Source: an uncultured Planctomycetaceae bacterium (GTDB lineage: Bacteria; Planctomycetota; Planctomycetia; Planctomycetales; Planctomycetaceae). Taken from it: DNA of 64,000 nt. This document shows positions 8,942-18,389 of this stretch, one piece after another (position 1 is the first letter of the stretch; each line of letters begins with the position of its first letter). The stretch lies in the NCBI GenBank assembly GCA_963815195.1, contig CAWFGE010000014.1, positions 96,001 through 160,000 on the forward strand. Direction: 5' to 3'. A program made the translations under genes and the position numbers. A model generated the notes under the pieces. That model was not told the origin of the DNA, did no database searches, and worked only from the letters and a program-made list of their open reading frames with translations.

Positions 8942-9607
8942 ATGGCCGACCGTGGCCTTCTCGACATCCGCAAGACCGTCTCCGCATTCGACTTCATTCT
9001 CCGTTCCTACGGTCAGCCAATCCCGTGGGGTACCCGCCGCGGGGACTATGAGCACGACCTGCTTGTCATGCGGCGGCATGGTGACTTGGAGCATGCAGCC
9101 GTGGAGATTCTCGGTCAAGACCGCACGGTGGCGTACCGTTACCGTGTCCGCTTCGGCGAATCGGCGGCCGTGGGTTTTGACGCAGCCCGGGGAATCGAGC
9201 TGCCAATCCTGCCGAAGCAAAGCGTGAGTGAGTCGCGGGTGCTGATTGGGCCGACGGTCCGCCTCGATGAATACCGCCTCCTGCTGCGGAACCGCTGGGC
9301 TCGCGCCGACCGGCTGACTTTCCGAAACGGGGGCCGGTTCGTCAGCGAGCATACCGCCCGGATCAACGGCGGCCGGGTAGCGGGCGAGGTCTTCGTCGCC
9401 GACGACTCGCGGAAGAGCGGGACGCTGTTGAATGTGGCACAGACGGGCTGCTACGGTTTCGTACGTCATCCCCAGTTCCCCAGCGACATCTACGTCCACC
9501 AGTCGAAGTGCCCGCCTGGGATGCGGCTCGCACCGGGCCTTCGGATCTCGTTCGTGGTCGTGCAGACGCCACGCGGTCTCCAGGCGTATGACATCCGTCG
9601 AGCCTGA
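8942..9607 (+). CDS. Unknown N-terminal domain (possibly bacterial HORMA-like) plus C-terminal cold-shock domain
   Basis: GGAG RBS, ATG 8942; C-terminal YGFV..SDIYVHQS..GLRISFVVVQTPRGLQAYDIR is a CSD; the HORMA call is tentative. Confidence 0.7.
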   Translation: MADRGLLDIRKTVSAFDFILRSYGQPIPWGTRRGDYEHDLLVMRRHGDLEHAAVEILGQDRTVAYRYRVRFGESAAVGFDAARGIELPILPKQSVSESRVLIGPTVRLDEYRLLLRNRWARADRLTFRNGGRFVSEHTARINGGRVAGEVFVADDSRKSGTLLNVAQTGCYGFVRHPQFPSDIYVHQSKCPPGMRLAPGLRISFVVVQTPRGLQAYDIRRA

Positions 9608-9765
9608 CGCATCGGCCTGGGAAGTTGGGTAACGTTCCGCGCCACTTCGCTGCCTGCGTCATGCACCTCGACGACGCTATAGGGCGAATTATCGACAACT
9701 GTCCGAACACCAAGTTGGATTGACCGGTAGAATCTAGGGCAATACTTTCTTTTCAACGGTCGCGA

Positions 9766-11325
9766 TTACTTGCGTGAGCGACCTGGGAGGAATTGTTCTC
9801 TCAACGAATCACTCCTCGCCACCCGCACCCGCTCAACCACATCTGCCCGCACTCCCTCACAAACCAACCGCACCCCGAGGGATAAGCCCGAAGCCACCAT
9901 CCAAAGCCCACCCGCATCCGAGCCCGCGTAACGCCACTCGTCTCCCACAAATTCACAGGCAGCATCGTACAAATCATTCAATTCCTCCTCAGTCAACTCC
10001 GTCCCCAATTGCAAGGCGATCTCCCGCGCCCGATCCCTCGACAGCTTGCCATTCCCCGACTGCCACAACCCCACAGCATCCGCCAACCGTTCGTATTCAA
10101 TCCAACATTTCGGCCCGGTCCACGCCGCGTACAAGCGCCCCGCCTGCCGGATCTGCGAATCAAACTGCTTGCCGGCCGATTCTCGCGGCACGCCGCGTTT
10201 GCGTTTGGATTCCAGCACAGATTCGCGGTCACGAATCACCCAAAGTAAAAGCGGTTTGTAGGGGGCCAAAAACGGCTGCCAACGGCCCAGCATGCGAACC
10301 AGCCGGGGATCTTTGATGGCCCACGGTTGGGGCAAACCCGCCAAGTACTCTGCCACTCCGCTGAAGTCGCCCGATTCATTGATGTCGCGAAGCCTGACCG
10401 ATTCCCCAAAGGTTTCATCGGCATCCGCCGCCTGCCAGCCCAGGGCATGCAGCATTTTGGTGACGATCGTCGTGCCGGAATTCCCAACGCCCAAGACCAC
10501 GATATTGGGCCGCCCATCCATCGCCATTCGCGGATCGCCGCCGGGCAGGATGTTCAATTCCTTCAGACCGGACAGGTCCAGCATTGTGTTTAAGAATTCG
10601 TGATTCCGATGCCGGTGTTCCTTATATTCGGGCGATTGAACCCGCAGGTGTTTGCAGCGGACCTGTTCGCAGACCGCAACCTGCCACTGCCCCGCCTGTT
10701 TCACCCGCCAGAAGAAGTCGGCATGTTCACGCAGTTTCAGCGGTTCGGTCCAACGATGGTCGGACAGCATTTCGCGGCGGAACAAAGCGAAGTTGTTGGC
10801 GGTGTCGGACAGATAATACTGCGTCTGGCCCGCGAATTGAATATCGCGGCGAACGGGTTTGCCGTTCAAGACGCCGTTTTCCAGGACCAACCGCTGTGCC
10901 CAAGTGGAAACCTGCGGGCCGTGTTTGGTGTGTTCGACCAAAGCCCCGCCGACCACGCCGATGCGTTCGTCGGCATCCAGCACGTCCAGGAACCGGCTGC
11001 AATCCGTCTCCGCCGTGAATTCGTAATCGTCGTCCAGCAGCCAAAGATATGGGGTTTGCAGCGTATCCACGATCCGGTTCCGCGTGGCCGACAAGCCGAT
11101 GTTGAACGGCAACCGCAGATACGTCAGATGATCGTCGCTGACGTTCGCCGGCTGATCGCCATTGTCGCCGATGATGATTCGGGTGGTGGGATAGAATCGG
11201 CGGATGGATTTCACCAGTCGTTCCACGCAGCCTGGCCGACGGAAGGCGGAAATCCCGATCGTCACGTCGCGGGCAATGCGTTCTGTTTCCAGCGTTGCCA
11301 CGTTCGGTTTCGATTTTGTTTGCAT
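9766..11325 (-). CDS. Glycosyltransferase family 2 fused to a sulfotransferase-like P-loop domain
   Basis: VTIGISAFRRP..IIIGDNG..NIGLSATRN..LWLLDDD (GT-A fold); NIVVLGVGNSGTTIV..WAIKDPRL (sulfotransferase-like). Confidence 0.75.
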   Translation of the reverse strand: MQTKSKPNVATLETERIARDVTIGISAFRRPGCVERLVKSIRRFYPTTRIIIGDNGDQPANVSDDHLTYLRLPFNIGLSATRNRIVDTLQTPYLWLLDDDYEFTAETDCSRFLDVLDADERIGVVGGALVEHTKHGPQVSTWAQRLVLENGVLNGKPVRRDIQFAGQTQYYLSDTANNFALFRREMLSDHRWTEPLKLREHADFFWRVKQAGQWQVAVCEQVRCKHLRVQSPEYKEHRHRNHEFLNTMLDLSGLKELNILPGGDPRMAMDGRPNIVVLGVGNSGTTIVTKMLHALGWQAADADETFGESVRLRDINESGDFSGVAEYLAGLPQPWAIKDPRLVRMLGRWQPFLAPYKPLLLWVIRDRESVLESKRKRGVPRESAGKQFDSQIRQAGRLYAAWTGPKCWIEYERLADAVGLWQSGNGKLSRDRAREIALQLGTELTEEELNDLYDAACEFVGDEWRYAGSDAGGLWMVASGLSLGVRLVCEGVRADVVERVRVARSDSLREQFLPGRSRK

Positions 11326-11420
11326 CGCGGGTGATTTGTCCCAGCGACCAATCGGACACATCGCCCCCGGCGTGCGGGCCAGGATGCTGACGATCTGGTT
11401 CGCGAGGCGGCAACGGTTGC

Positions 11421-11905
11421 CCCAAGCCGTGATCGTGGCCGGGATTCAGTCGATCTACAAACGGGCAAGTGAACTCGGCGCCTTCGATCTGGTGATCGTA
11501 GATGAAGCGCATATGATCCCCCCGGAAGGCGAGGGCATGTATTCCCAGTTCCTGGCCGAAGCCAAGTTCGTGAATCCCCACCTGCGGGTGATCGGCCTGA
11601 CGGCCACACCCTACCGTTTGAAGTCCGGGCTGATTTACTCGCCGGATCATTTTCTGAGCACCGTCTGTTACGAGGTGGGGGTGCGGGAGCTGATCGTCGG
11701 CGGTTACCTCTGCCCACTCATTACAAAGAGCGGTTCGGCCAAGGCGGATACGCAGAATCTTCACATTCGCGGCGGTGAGTTCATCGCGGGCGAAGTCGAA
11801 GACCTGATGGACAACCAAAACCTTGTCGAGGCCGCCTGCGACGAGATCGTGGAACTGACTCGCGAGCGGAATTCCGTGCTGATCTTCGCCAGCGGCATCC
11901 GCCAC
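11421..11905 (+). pseudogene. Internal fragment of a DEAD/DEAH SF2 helicase (RadD/YejH-like, phage type)
   Basis: VIVAGIQSIY, DLVIVDEAH, GLTATPYR, SVLIFA; Walker A missing; 3' end cut exactly at the IS21 end. Confidence 0.8.
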
Positions 11906-14286
11906 TGTTCGGCGGCGATTGGTTTTCCTCTTTAACGACAATTAGGATTTCTGCTGAGTCGGTTGATTAAAGCTCCGAAGGGGCCTGTGAGCGTTTGCCA
12001 GATTTGGCGTCTTTTGCTGTTTCCACGCGATAGCTCGGGACGTTCAGTTCCAGGATCACGCTGTGATGCACCAGGCGGTCGATGGCCGCAGCGGTGGTCA
12101 TGGCGTCTTTGAAGATTTGGTCCCATTTGCTGAAAGCCAGGTTGCTGGTCAAAAGCACGCTGCCGCGTTCGTAGCGCTCGGCGAGCAATGTGAACAGCAC
12201 TTCCATTTCCTCGCGGCTTTGTTGCACATAGCCCAAGTCGTCGATGATCAAGCCCTCGAAATTCCCCAATTGTTTGATCAACTTCGGCAACCTGAGATCG
12301 CGTTTGGCAATCAGCAGTTGTTGCACCAACAGGCTGCAGGTCGTGAATAACAAGCTGCGGCCTTTCTGAATGAGTTGTTCCGAGAGACCGCACAAAGCGT
12401 GACTTTTTCCAGAGCCCGGCCTCCCAAAAATCAGCAAGTTTTCCTTGCGATCCAAGAAGGTTCCGTCGCGAAGCGTCTCCATTTGCCGCGTCACGGTGAG
12501 CGGGAGACGGTTCCACTCGAACGAGGCCCACGTTTTGCCCATCGGCAATTTCGAGCGGGTCATCAAGCGTTTGATCCGGCTTTCCCGCCGCGCTTCGCAC
12601 TCGAGCGTTGTCAGTTCCGAAAGGTACTCCAAGTGGGTTTGGTTCTCGCGGGCCGCTTGATCCGCCAGCGGGCTGAAATGATCCCGAAAGCTCGGCAGGC
12701 GCAGTTCCCGGAACTGTTCCGTCAGCGGCTTGGTCAGGTCGGGTTTCGCCGGCAGAGGCTCGCTCGCCGACGATTGGGGTGGGGTTCTCTTGCGAGAGGT
12801 TTTCGCCGAAGCTTTGGGTTTCTTGTTCATCGTCATCAATCGGACTCTCCATGTCAGGGTGATCAAGCAAACAATCGAACTCCGAAAGCGATGGCGGTTC
12901 CACATCCACATGGGTGGCCAAGGGAATCTCCGCCGCCTTCCACACCAACGAGCGAATCTCATCGAAGTCGATCGACGCGCCCGATTGGATTTTCACACGC
13001 AGCGCCTCCTGCACCGCGTCTTGACTTTCGTGGGCCGCCAACTCCAACAGTTTCAGATAGGTTTTGTCGGCCACTTTTTGCGAATGCGTTTCTAACAACC
13101 GATCGTAGGCCATGCGAAAATAGCTCGTCGGAAACAGTTCCTCGCGATACTTGTAGTTCTCGAACGCGCCCGGTTTTCGGACCAGCGAATCAATCACATG
13201 CCGATAGTTGATCGAGGCTCCGCCGCTGCCGATCAATCGCGGCATCCGCTGGATGAAAACACCCTGGTGCGTGACCTCGATGAACTCCGCGGAAATCTTC
13301 ACGTCCACCATCCGACCGATCAATCGACTGGGCACCGAATACCGATTGGTCCGCACCCGAATCGTGCTGCTCTTGGCCACACGAATGCCGGAAAGGCGTT
13401 CATCCGTGTCGAGCCGATGATCTGGCAAGCGGGCCAAGAACTCTTGTTCCAAGGCAAAGCGTTCTCGACGATGTTGATTCGTCTTCACGATCAGGTCTTC
13501 CAAGAAGGTGACATAGTCTTCGCGACTCGAAAAATCTCGACTCCCCCGCAGAAGCAGGGCTTGATCCACCCGGCTTTTGAGATGGCCGTTGGAGGATTCC
13601 ACATCGCCGTTTTCGTTCGCACATCGTGCGTTGGTTTTCTCCGGTTTGACTCCGTAATGATCCATCAACGCCTGGTAGCGCTTGGTGTGGGTTTTGCGAT
13701 CCGAATGATTGTTGACCGCCGCCGTCAAACTGTCGGTGCGATGCCGCTTCGGCACACCGCCGAACTCCCAAAAGGCTTTCTGAATCCCCGCGGACAAGGC
13801 ACTCGAACGATTCGGAAAAGCACAACGAAACCGACTCCACATTCGAGTACGTCAACACGCAATGAAACAGCGTATGATCGAACCGCTGCCCGGCGATCGT
13901 GACCCGCAGATCATTCATCACCGTAAAATCGCTGGCGGCCAATCGCCCAGGATGATGCACCTGCTCGAACATCACCGGCTTTCCAGGTCCCTTAAGACTT
14001 CGCCATTTTGCCACCCGCCGCTCGAAGGTCCGCCGCGTGGAATGGGGATACTGTCCCGGATACTTTTCCTGGAGCCACTCGAAAAGCGTCTTGGCTTTGA
14101 GACGCGGTTCGGCCTCCAAGCGGACTTGGACTTCGTCCCACACGCTCTCAAAGGGATCGACCCGCGTCCGGTAATCCCGGGCCGTTTTCCGCTCCGAGGG
14201 CAACCGCCCGTTATCGCGGTAATCCCGCGCCGTTTTTTCATCCATGCCACTCATCCTTGCCGAGGCGGCGAGAGAGAACCCCTTGT
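11906..14286 (-). mobile_element. IS21-family element copy 1 (istA-proximal end missing)
   Basis: Terminal TGTTCGGCGGCGATTGGTTTTCC at 11906; istA/istB present; similarity to copy 2 stops near 14286. Confidence 0.9.
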
Positions 14287-14290
14287 TCAT
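11932..14290 (-). pseudogene. istA: IS21 transposase IstA, 5'-truncated, with a +1 insertion near 13801
   Basis: Close homologue of the copy 2 istA (HHPGRLAASDFT, FGGVPKRHRTD, NENGDVES) split over two frames. Confidence 0.85.
11967..12836 (-). CDS. istB: IS21 helper ATPase IstB
   Basis: GRPGSGKSH Walker A, LIIDDLGY, LTSN, AAIDRLVHH, SYR. Confidence 0.95.
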   Translation of the reverse strand: MTMNKKPKASAKTSRKRTPPQSSASEPLPAKPDLTKPLTEQFRELRLPSFRDHFSPLADQAARENQTHLEYLSELTTLECEARRESRIKRLMTRSKLPMGKTWASFEWNRLPLTVTRQMETLRDGTFLDRKENLLIFGRPGSGKSHALCGLSEQLIQKGRSLLFTTCSLLVQQLLIAKRDLRLPKLIKQLGNFEGLIIDDLGYVQQSREEMEVLFTLLAERYERGSVLLTSNLAFSKWDQIFKDAMTTAAAIDRLVHHSVILELNVPSYRVETAKDAKSGKRSQAPSEL

Positions 14291-14429
14291 GCGGGCCCGC
14301 TATCTGCTCGCGCGTGATGCCTACTACGGCCCGATTCTCCACCAATTTTTTTACGGACCCGTTGAGGACAACAGCTAATCCGGCTCGCTGCGCCTTAGCC
14401 GTCAATTTCACTTTTTGCGGAGATTTCAT

Positions 14430-14789
14430 TTGAACGCACCGCTCGTTTATGTCGCCGGCCCCTACACGAAGCCGGACCCGGTCGAGAACACCCACCGAAT
14501 CATTGAGATTGCCGACCGGCTGTGGGATCTCGGCGTCGTACCGGTCGTGCCGCACCTGACCCTGTTCTGGCATTTCTTGAAGCCTCGCTCCTATCAGGAA
14601 TGGCTGGACTACGACCTGCACATCATGGCTCGCTGTGATGCCGTGCTCCGCGTGCCCGGTGAATCCCACGGCGCCGACGGCGAAGTGGCCGAGGCCCTCG
14701 CCCGTGGTCAGCCCGTGTTGCGCCCCCAATCCGCAGACATCGCAGATTGCGTGACGGCGGTCAATGAATGGCTCGCAGCCCCGTCGTGA
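14430..14789 (+). CDS. DUF4406/DUF1937-like nucleoside 2-deoxyribosyltransferase-fold protein
   Basis: VYVAGPY..PVVPH..CDAVLRVPGESHGADGEV; GGAG RBS with TTG start. Confidence 0.75.
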   Translation: MNAPLVYVAGPYTKPDPVENTHRIIEIADRLWDLGVVPVVPHLTLFWHFLKPRSYQEWLDYDLHIMARCDAVLRVPGESHGADGEVAEALARGQPVLRPQSADIADCVTAVNEWLAAPS

Positions 14790-14843
14790 GCGATCCGCTT
14801 CGGAATAGCCTGATTCCTTTTCTTTCCCATCGGAGACCTCTGC

Positions 14844-14966
14844 ATGAACGAAGCCCAAGAGACCATGACCTGCGATTCCTGTGAGACCGAAGTCGACAGC
14901 TCCAACACGTGCCCGGACTGCAGACGCTGCCATGTCTGTTGCCGGTGCGGCGCCGGCGAAGGCTGA
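14844..14966 (+). CDS. 40-aa Cys-rich microprotein (putative Zn finger)
   Basis: GGAGA RBS; MNEAQETMTCDSCETEVDSSNTCPDCRRCHVCCRCGAGEG; too short for the ORF track. Confidence 0.55.
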   Translation: MNEAQETMTCDSCETEVDSSNTCPDCRRCHVCCRCGAGEG

Positions 14967-15030
14967 TTCCTCCCATCAGACTCGTGCGTGAAATTGTCAT
15001 TGCTTCCACTCTCAAAGGAATAGAGCCTTG

Positions 15031-15426
15031 ATGACCGAAGAAGACGTTCGCCGGCTGCAATCCGAGAATGAGAACCCGAAAGATCGCATCGGGGCGACGA
15101 AACCGCCACTGCACCTGATCCCCTCCGCGGCCGAGATCCTGGAAAGCCTCGCCATGGCGCACGGGGCCAGGAAATACGGGCCGTTCAATTGGCGGTGGTC
15201 GAAGATCAAAGCTTCGATCTACATCGCCGCCGCGAAGCGACACCTGGCGCAATGGTTCGATGGTCAGGACGTTGATCCCGAAAGCGGCATCTCGCACCTG
15301 GCTCACGCGCGAGCCTGCCTCGGAATCCTGCTCGATGCGATCTCGCTGGACCAGATGATCGACGACCGCCCGGCAACGGGCGCTGCGCCCGAGTTGATTG
15401 AGAAATTCACGTCCCAGTCAAAGTAA
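15031..15426 (+). CDS. dATP/dGTP diphosphohydrolase N-terminal-domain (DUF5664-type) protein
   Basis: NPKD.IG..KPPL.LIP..GARKYG.FNWR..RHL..W.DG.D.DPESG..HLAHA. Confidence 0.8.
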   Translation: MTEEDVRRLQSENENPKDRIGATKPPLHLIPSAAEILESLAMAHGARKYGPFNWRWSKIKASIYIAAAKRHLAQWFDGQDVDPESGISHLAHARACLGILLDAISLDQMIDDRPATGAAPELIEKFTSQSK

Positions 15427-15434
15427 CAAACAGG

Positions 15435-17452
15435 ATGTCTATGTCGTCCGGCAGTATGCTTGAAGCCGCTCTCCGCTACGCCGAACTCGGTTATCCCGTC
15501 TTCCCTTGCGCACCAGGCACGAAGCGTCCGCTCACCGCGAACGGATTCCTGGACGCCGTGACTGATGCCGGACAGATCGAGCAATGGTGGACCGAGCGGC
15601 CGAACGCCAACATCGCCATCGCGACCATCGGATTGCTCGTCGTCGACATCGACTCCGCCGATAACACCTGGCTGGCCGATGAACCCGACAAGCAGATCGA
15701 ACTCGCCTCGGGAGCACTCTCGCTCACCGCGGGAGGTGGGCGGCATTACCTCTTCCGCCAACCCGAAGGTCGGCATTGGCACAACACCACGGGCAGACTC
15801 GCCGAGCGAGTCGATACGCGAGCCGACGGGGGATATATTGTCGTCCCGCCTTCCGTCCTCGAAGGCCGCAAAGCGTATCGCTGGTCACCCGACCTCGAAC
15901 TGGATGTCTCACCGGAGTTATTGCCAGAACCTCCCCAATGGCTCTCGCTGGAACTCGATCAACTCGCCGGAGGCTCGCAATCGGACCACGTCGCGGGCGA
16001 GGTCTTAGCAAACAGCATTCCCTCCGGCCAGAGAAATACGACGCTCGCCCGTCTCGCAGGAACCATGCGCCGGGCCGGGATGTCTCGCGCCGAAATCCTT
16101 GCGGCGATCCTGCAGACAAACAGCGATCGTTGTGATCCGCCCCTCGACGAGCGGGAAGTCGAGCGAATTGCGACGAGCGTGGCCCGCTACGAACCAGATC
16201 AGGTTTCGGTCGCACTCGTTGAGAACCATTGGGAGCAAGACAATCCCAAGCCGGCTTCCGCTCGTGCGGGGCCGCTTCGTTATGCGGCGATCACATCCCG
16301 CGAGCTGGCGGAGACAGAGTTCGAGTTGAATTATCTCATCGAGGGATTGCTCGTCCAGTCGCAACCGGGCGTGATTGCAGGTCCCAAAAAAACGCTCAAA
16401 ACCAATATCAGCATCGATTTGGCTCTGTCGCTCTCACAAGGCGGCTTATTCCTGGGGCGGTTTAATGTTCCCGAACCCGTCCGAGTCGGTGTCATGTCCG
16501 GAGAATCGGGAGCGGCCACGATTCAGGAGACGGCGCGGCGGATCGCAACCACCAAAGGCTGGCATCTCGCGGATTTTGAGAATGTCGTCTGGTCGTTTGA
16601 TGTTCCCCAGCTTGGGGAAACCGCACATACCCACGCCCTGCGGGAGTTTATTACGTGCCATGAACTCGACGTTTTAATCCTCGATCCCACCTACCTCATG
16701 ATGATGAACGTGGGATCGGACGCTGGGAATCTCTTCGTTGTCGGGGCGTTGCTCAAGTCCTTGGGAGAACTGGCCCAAGAGACGGGGTGCACGCCCCTGT
16801 TATGCCATCACTTAAAGAAGGGCGTTTATGAGCCGTATGAACCGGCGGAACTTGAAAATATTGCCTGGTCTGGTTTCCAGGAATTCGTGCGTCAATGGAT
16901 TCTCCTGAACCGGCGGGTCAAGTACGACCCCGATTTTGCGGGACATCACGAGCTTTGGATGTCGGTCGGCGGGAGTGCCGGACATAGCGGCTTGTGGGGA
17001 CTCGATATCGACGAAGGCTCGCGGCAAGATCCCCGCGGCCGACATTGGGACGTGCACGTCTTGCCGGCCAACGAAGCCTATGCCGAACGGCGCGTTCCGT
17101 GGAAGAAGTCGTCGAGGAGCGAAAACAACGTCAACAGGTCGCCCGGGAAGAAAAACAACGCGAGGCCGTCGTTGCCGCCTTGCGGATATTTCCGGACGGG
17201 GAAACACCTCGGGTGATTCGGGAATTGGCGGGCATGAGCGGAGCGGTGGTGACACGCCATCTCGCAGCACTGATTCAAGCCGGCGAAGTGGAGGAATGCG
17301 TCGTGAAGAAAAACACGCGTGAAGAGCGCGCCGTCAAGCTGGTGGGTGGTGGGACTGGTGGGACTGTCCCACCAGTCCCAGCAGGTGGTGCTGGTGGTGG
17401 GACAGCCCCTTATATAAGGGCTGTCCCACCCACCACCACCAGCAGCTCGTAA
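15435..17452 (+). CDS. Bifunctional primase/polymerase plus PriCT and AAA_25 helicase (frameshift near 17095; C-terminus in ORF ending 17452)
   Basis: ALRYAELGYPVFPC, ANIAIAT, VVDID, GGRHYLF, GYIVVPPS; GQRNTTL (PriCT); GPKKTLKT, LILDPTY. Confidence 0.85.
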
Positions 17453-17486
17453 TCCCGGCATGGTGGGACAGCGAGTTGTCCCACCA
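17350..17486. repeat. Three GGTGGGAC/GTCCCACC palindromes (putative replication origin)
   Basis: 17350-17380 perfect 15-bp arms; 17396-17430 arms around TTATATAA; 17461-17486 10-bp arms. Confidence 0.7.
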
Positions 17487-17540
17487 GAAACACCCCCGAG
17501 AGGTTTCTGTCAAGAATTCCCAAACCAAGGAGACCTGCCC

Positions 17541-17759
17541 ATGACGCCCGCCTGTGACCAATGCCGATTCTTTCACCGCCTGCCCAACGACCCGGACATC
17601 CCCAACGGGCCGAAGTCGATCAAAGGCGAATGCCGCAGGCATCCGCCGGTGGCCCGCCCACTGATCGGGGACCGCGACGATCACCAGTTGGCTGCGTTTC
17701 CGCACGTGGTGGTCTTCGATTGGTGCGGGGAATTTGAGCAGATTCAAGTACAAATGTAA
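17541..17759 (+). CDS. Small phage-type Cys protein (CxxC..CRRxPP..DWCGEF)
   Basis: AAGGAG RBS, ATG 17541. Confidence 0.65.
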   Translation: MTPACDQCRFFHRLPNDPDIPNGPKSIKGECRRHPPVARPLIGDRDDHQLAAFPHVVVFDWCGEFEQIQVQM

Positions 17760-17842
17760 TTTGTAACGTACAAACGTAATTTAACTACGTCGATAGCCCA
17801 TGCCATAAGTCAAAGCTGATTAGGTACTTCGGGGCAATAGAT

Positions 17843-18358
17843 TTGACCGAAATCCCAGCGGGAACCACCGCATTATTAACGAGAGTTTGTTGTCTGCGGC
17901 GTGGGACGGAACTTTTCTTGACCCAAATCGACCGCGATGGAAAACACATCTTGCTGGCCGTCCTGGCGGAACTGGAAGTTTTCAGCACGCTGGATGAAAC
18001 GCTGTTTGAGAAAGGGAATCCCTATGTTTGGAACGTCCGGCACGTTGGTGTTCTTTACCGCCCTGCGGTCTGGTTTGGCGGTCCCCTGTCCGCCAGTCGC
18101 CGCAAATCACTTACGCGGGCCACCAGGAAATTGACCCGCGACGGCTTGGTCGATCGCGTGACAGAAAAACGCCGGGACCGCGTGACGCACCTGAAGCTCA
18201 CACCGAACGGATTTTCCCAAGCCCTGCAATTGGCCGACCAAAAGGTCGAATGGCAACAGTTGGTGGATTCCTTGGCCTGGATCGAGTGGGCCGACGACCT
18301 TTGGAACACACTGGATCAATATCCGCCTGCCCTTGAAATCATGGCAGCAACCCTTTGA
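17843..18358 (+). CDS. Hypothetical protein with a winged-helix/MarR-like segment
   Basis: SLTRATRKLTRDGLVDRV..DRVTHLKLTPNG; start uncertain. Confidence 0.5.
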   Translation: MTEIPAGTTALLTRVCCLRRGTELFLTQIDRDGKHILLAVLAELEVFSTLDETLFEKGNPYVWNVRHVGVLYRPAVWFGGPLSASRRKSLTRATRKLTRDGLVDRVTEKRRDRVTHLKLTPNGFSQALQLADQKVEWQQLVDSLAWIEWADDLWNTLDQYPPALEIMAATL

Positions 18359-18389
18359 CTGATTTGAAATTCTCTTTGGAGCCGCCCGC

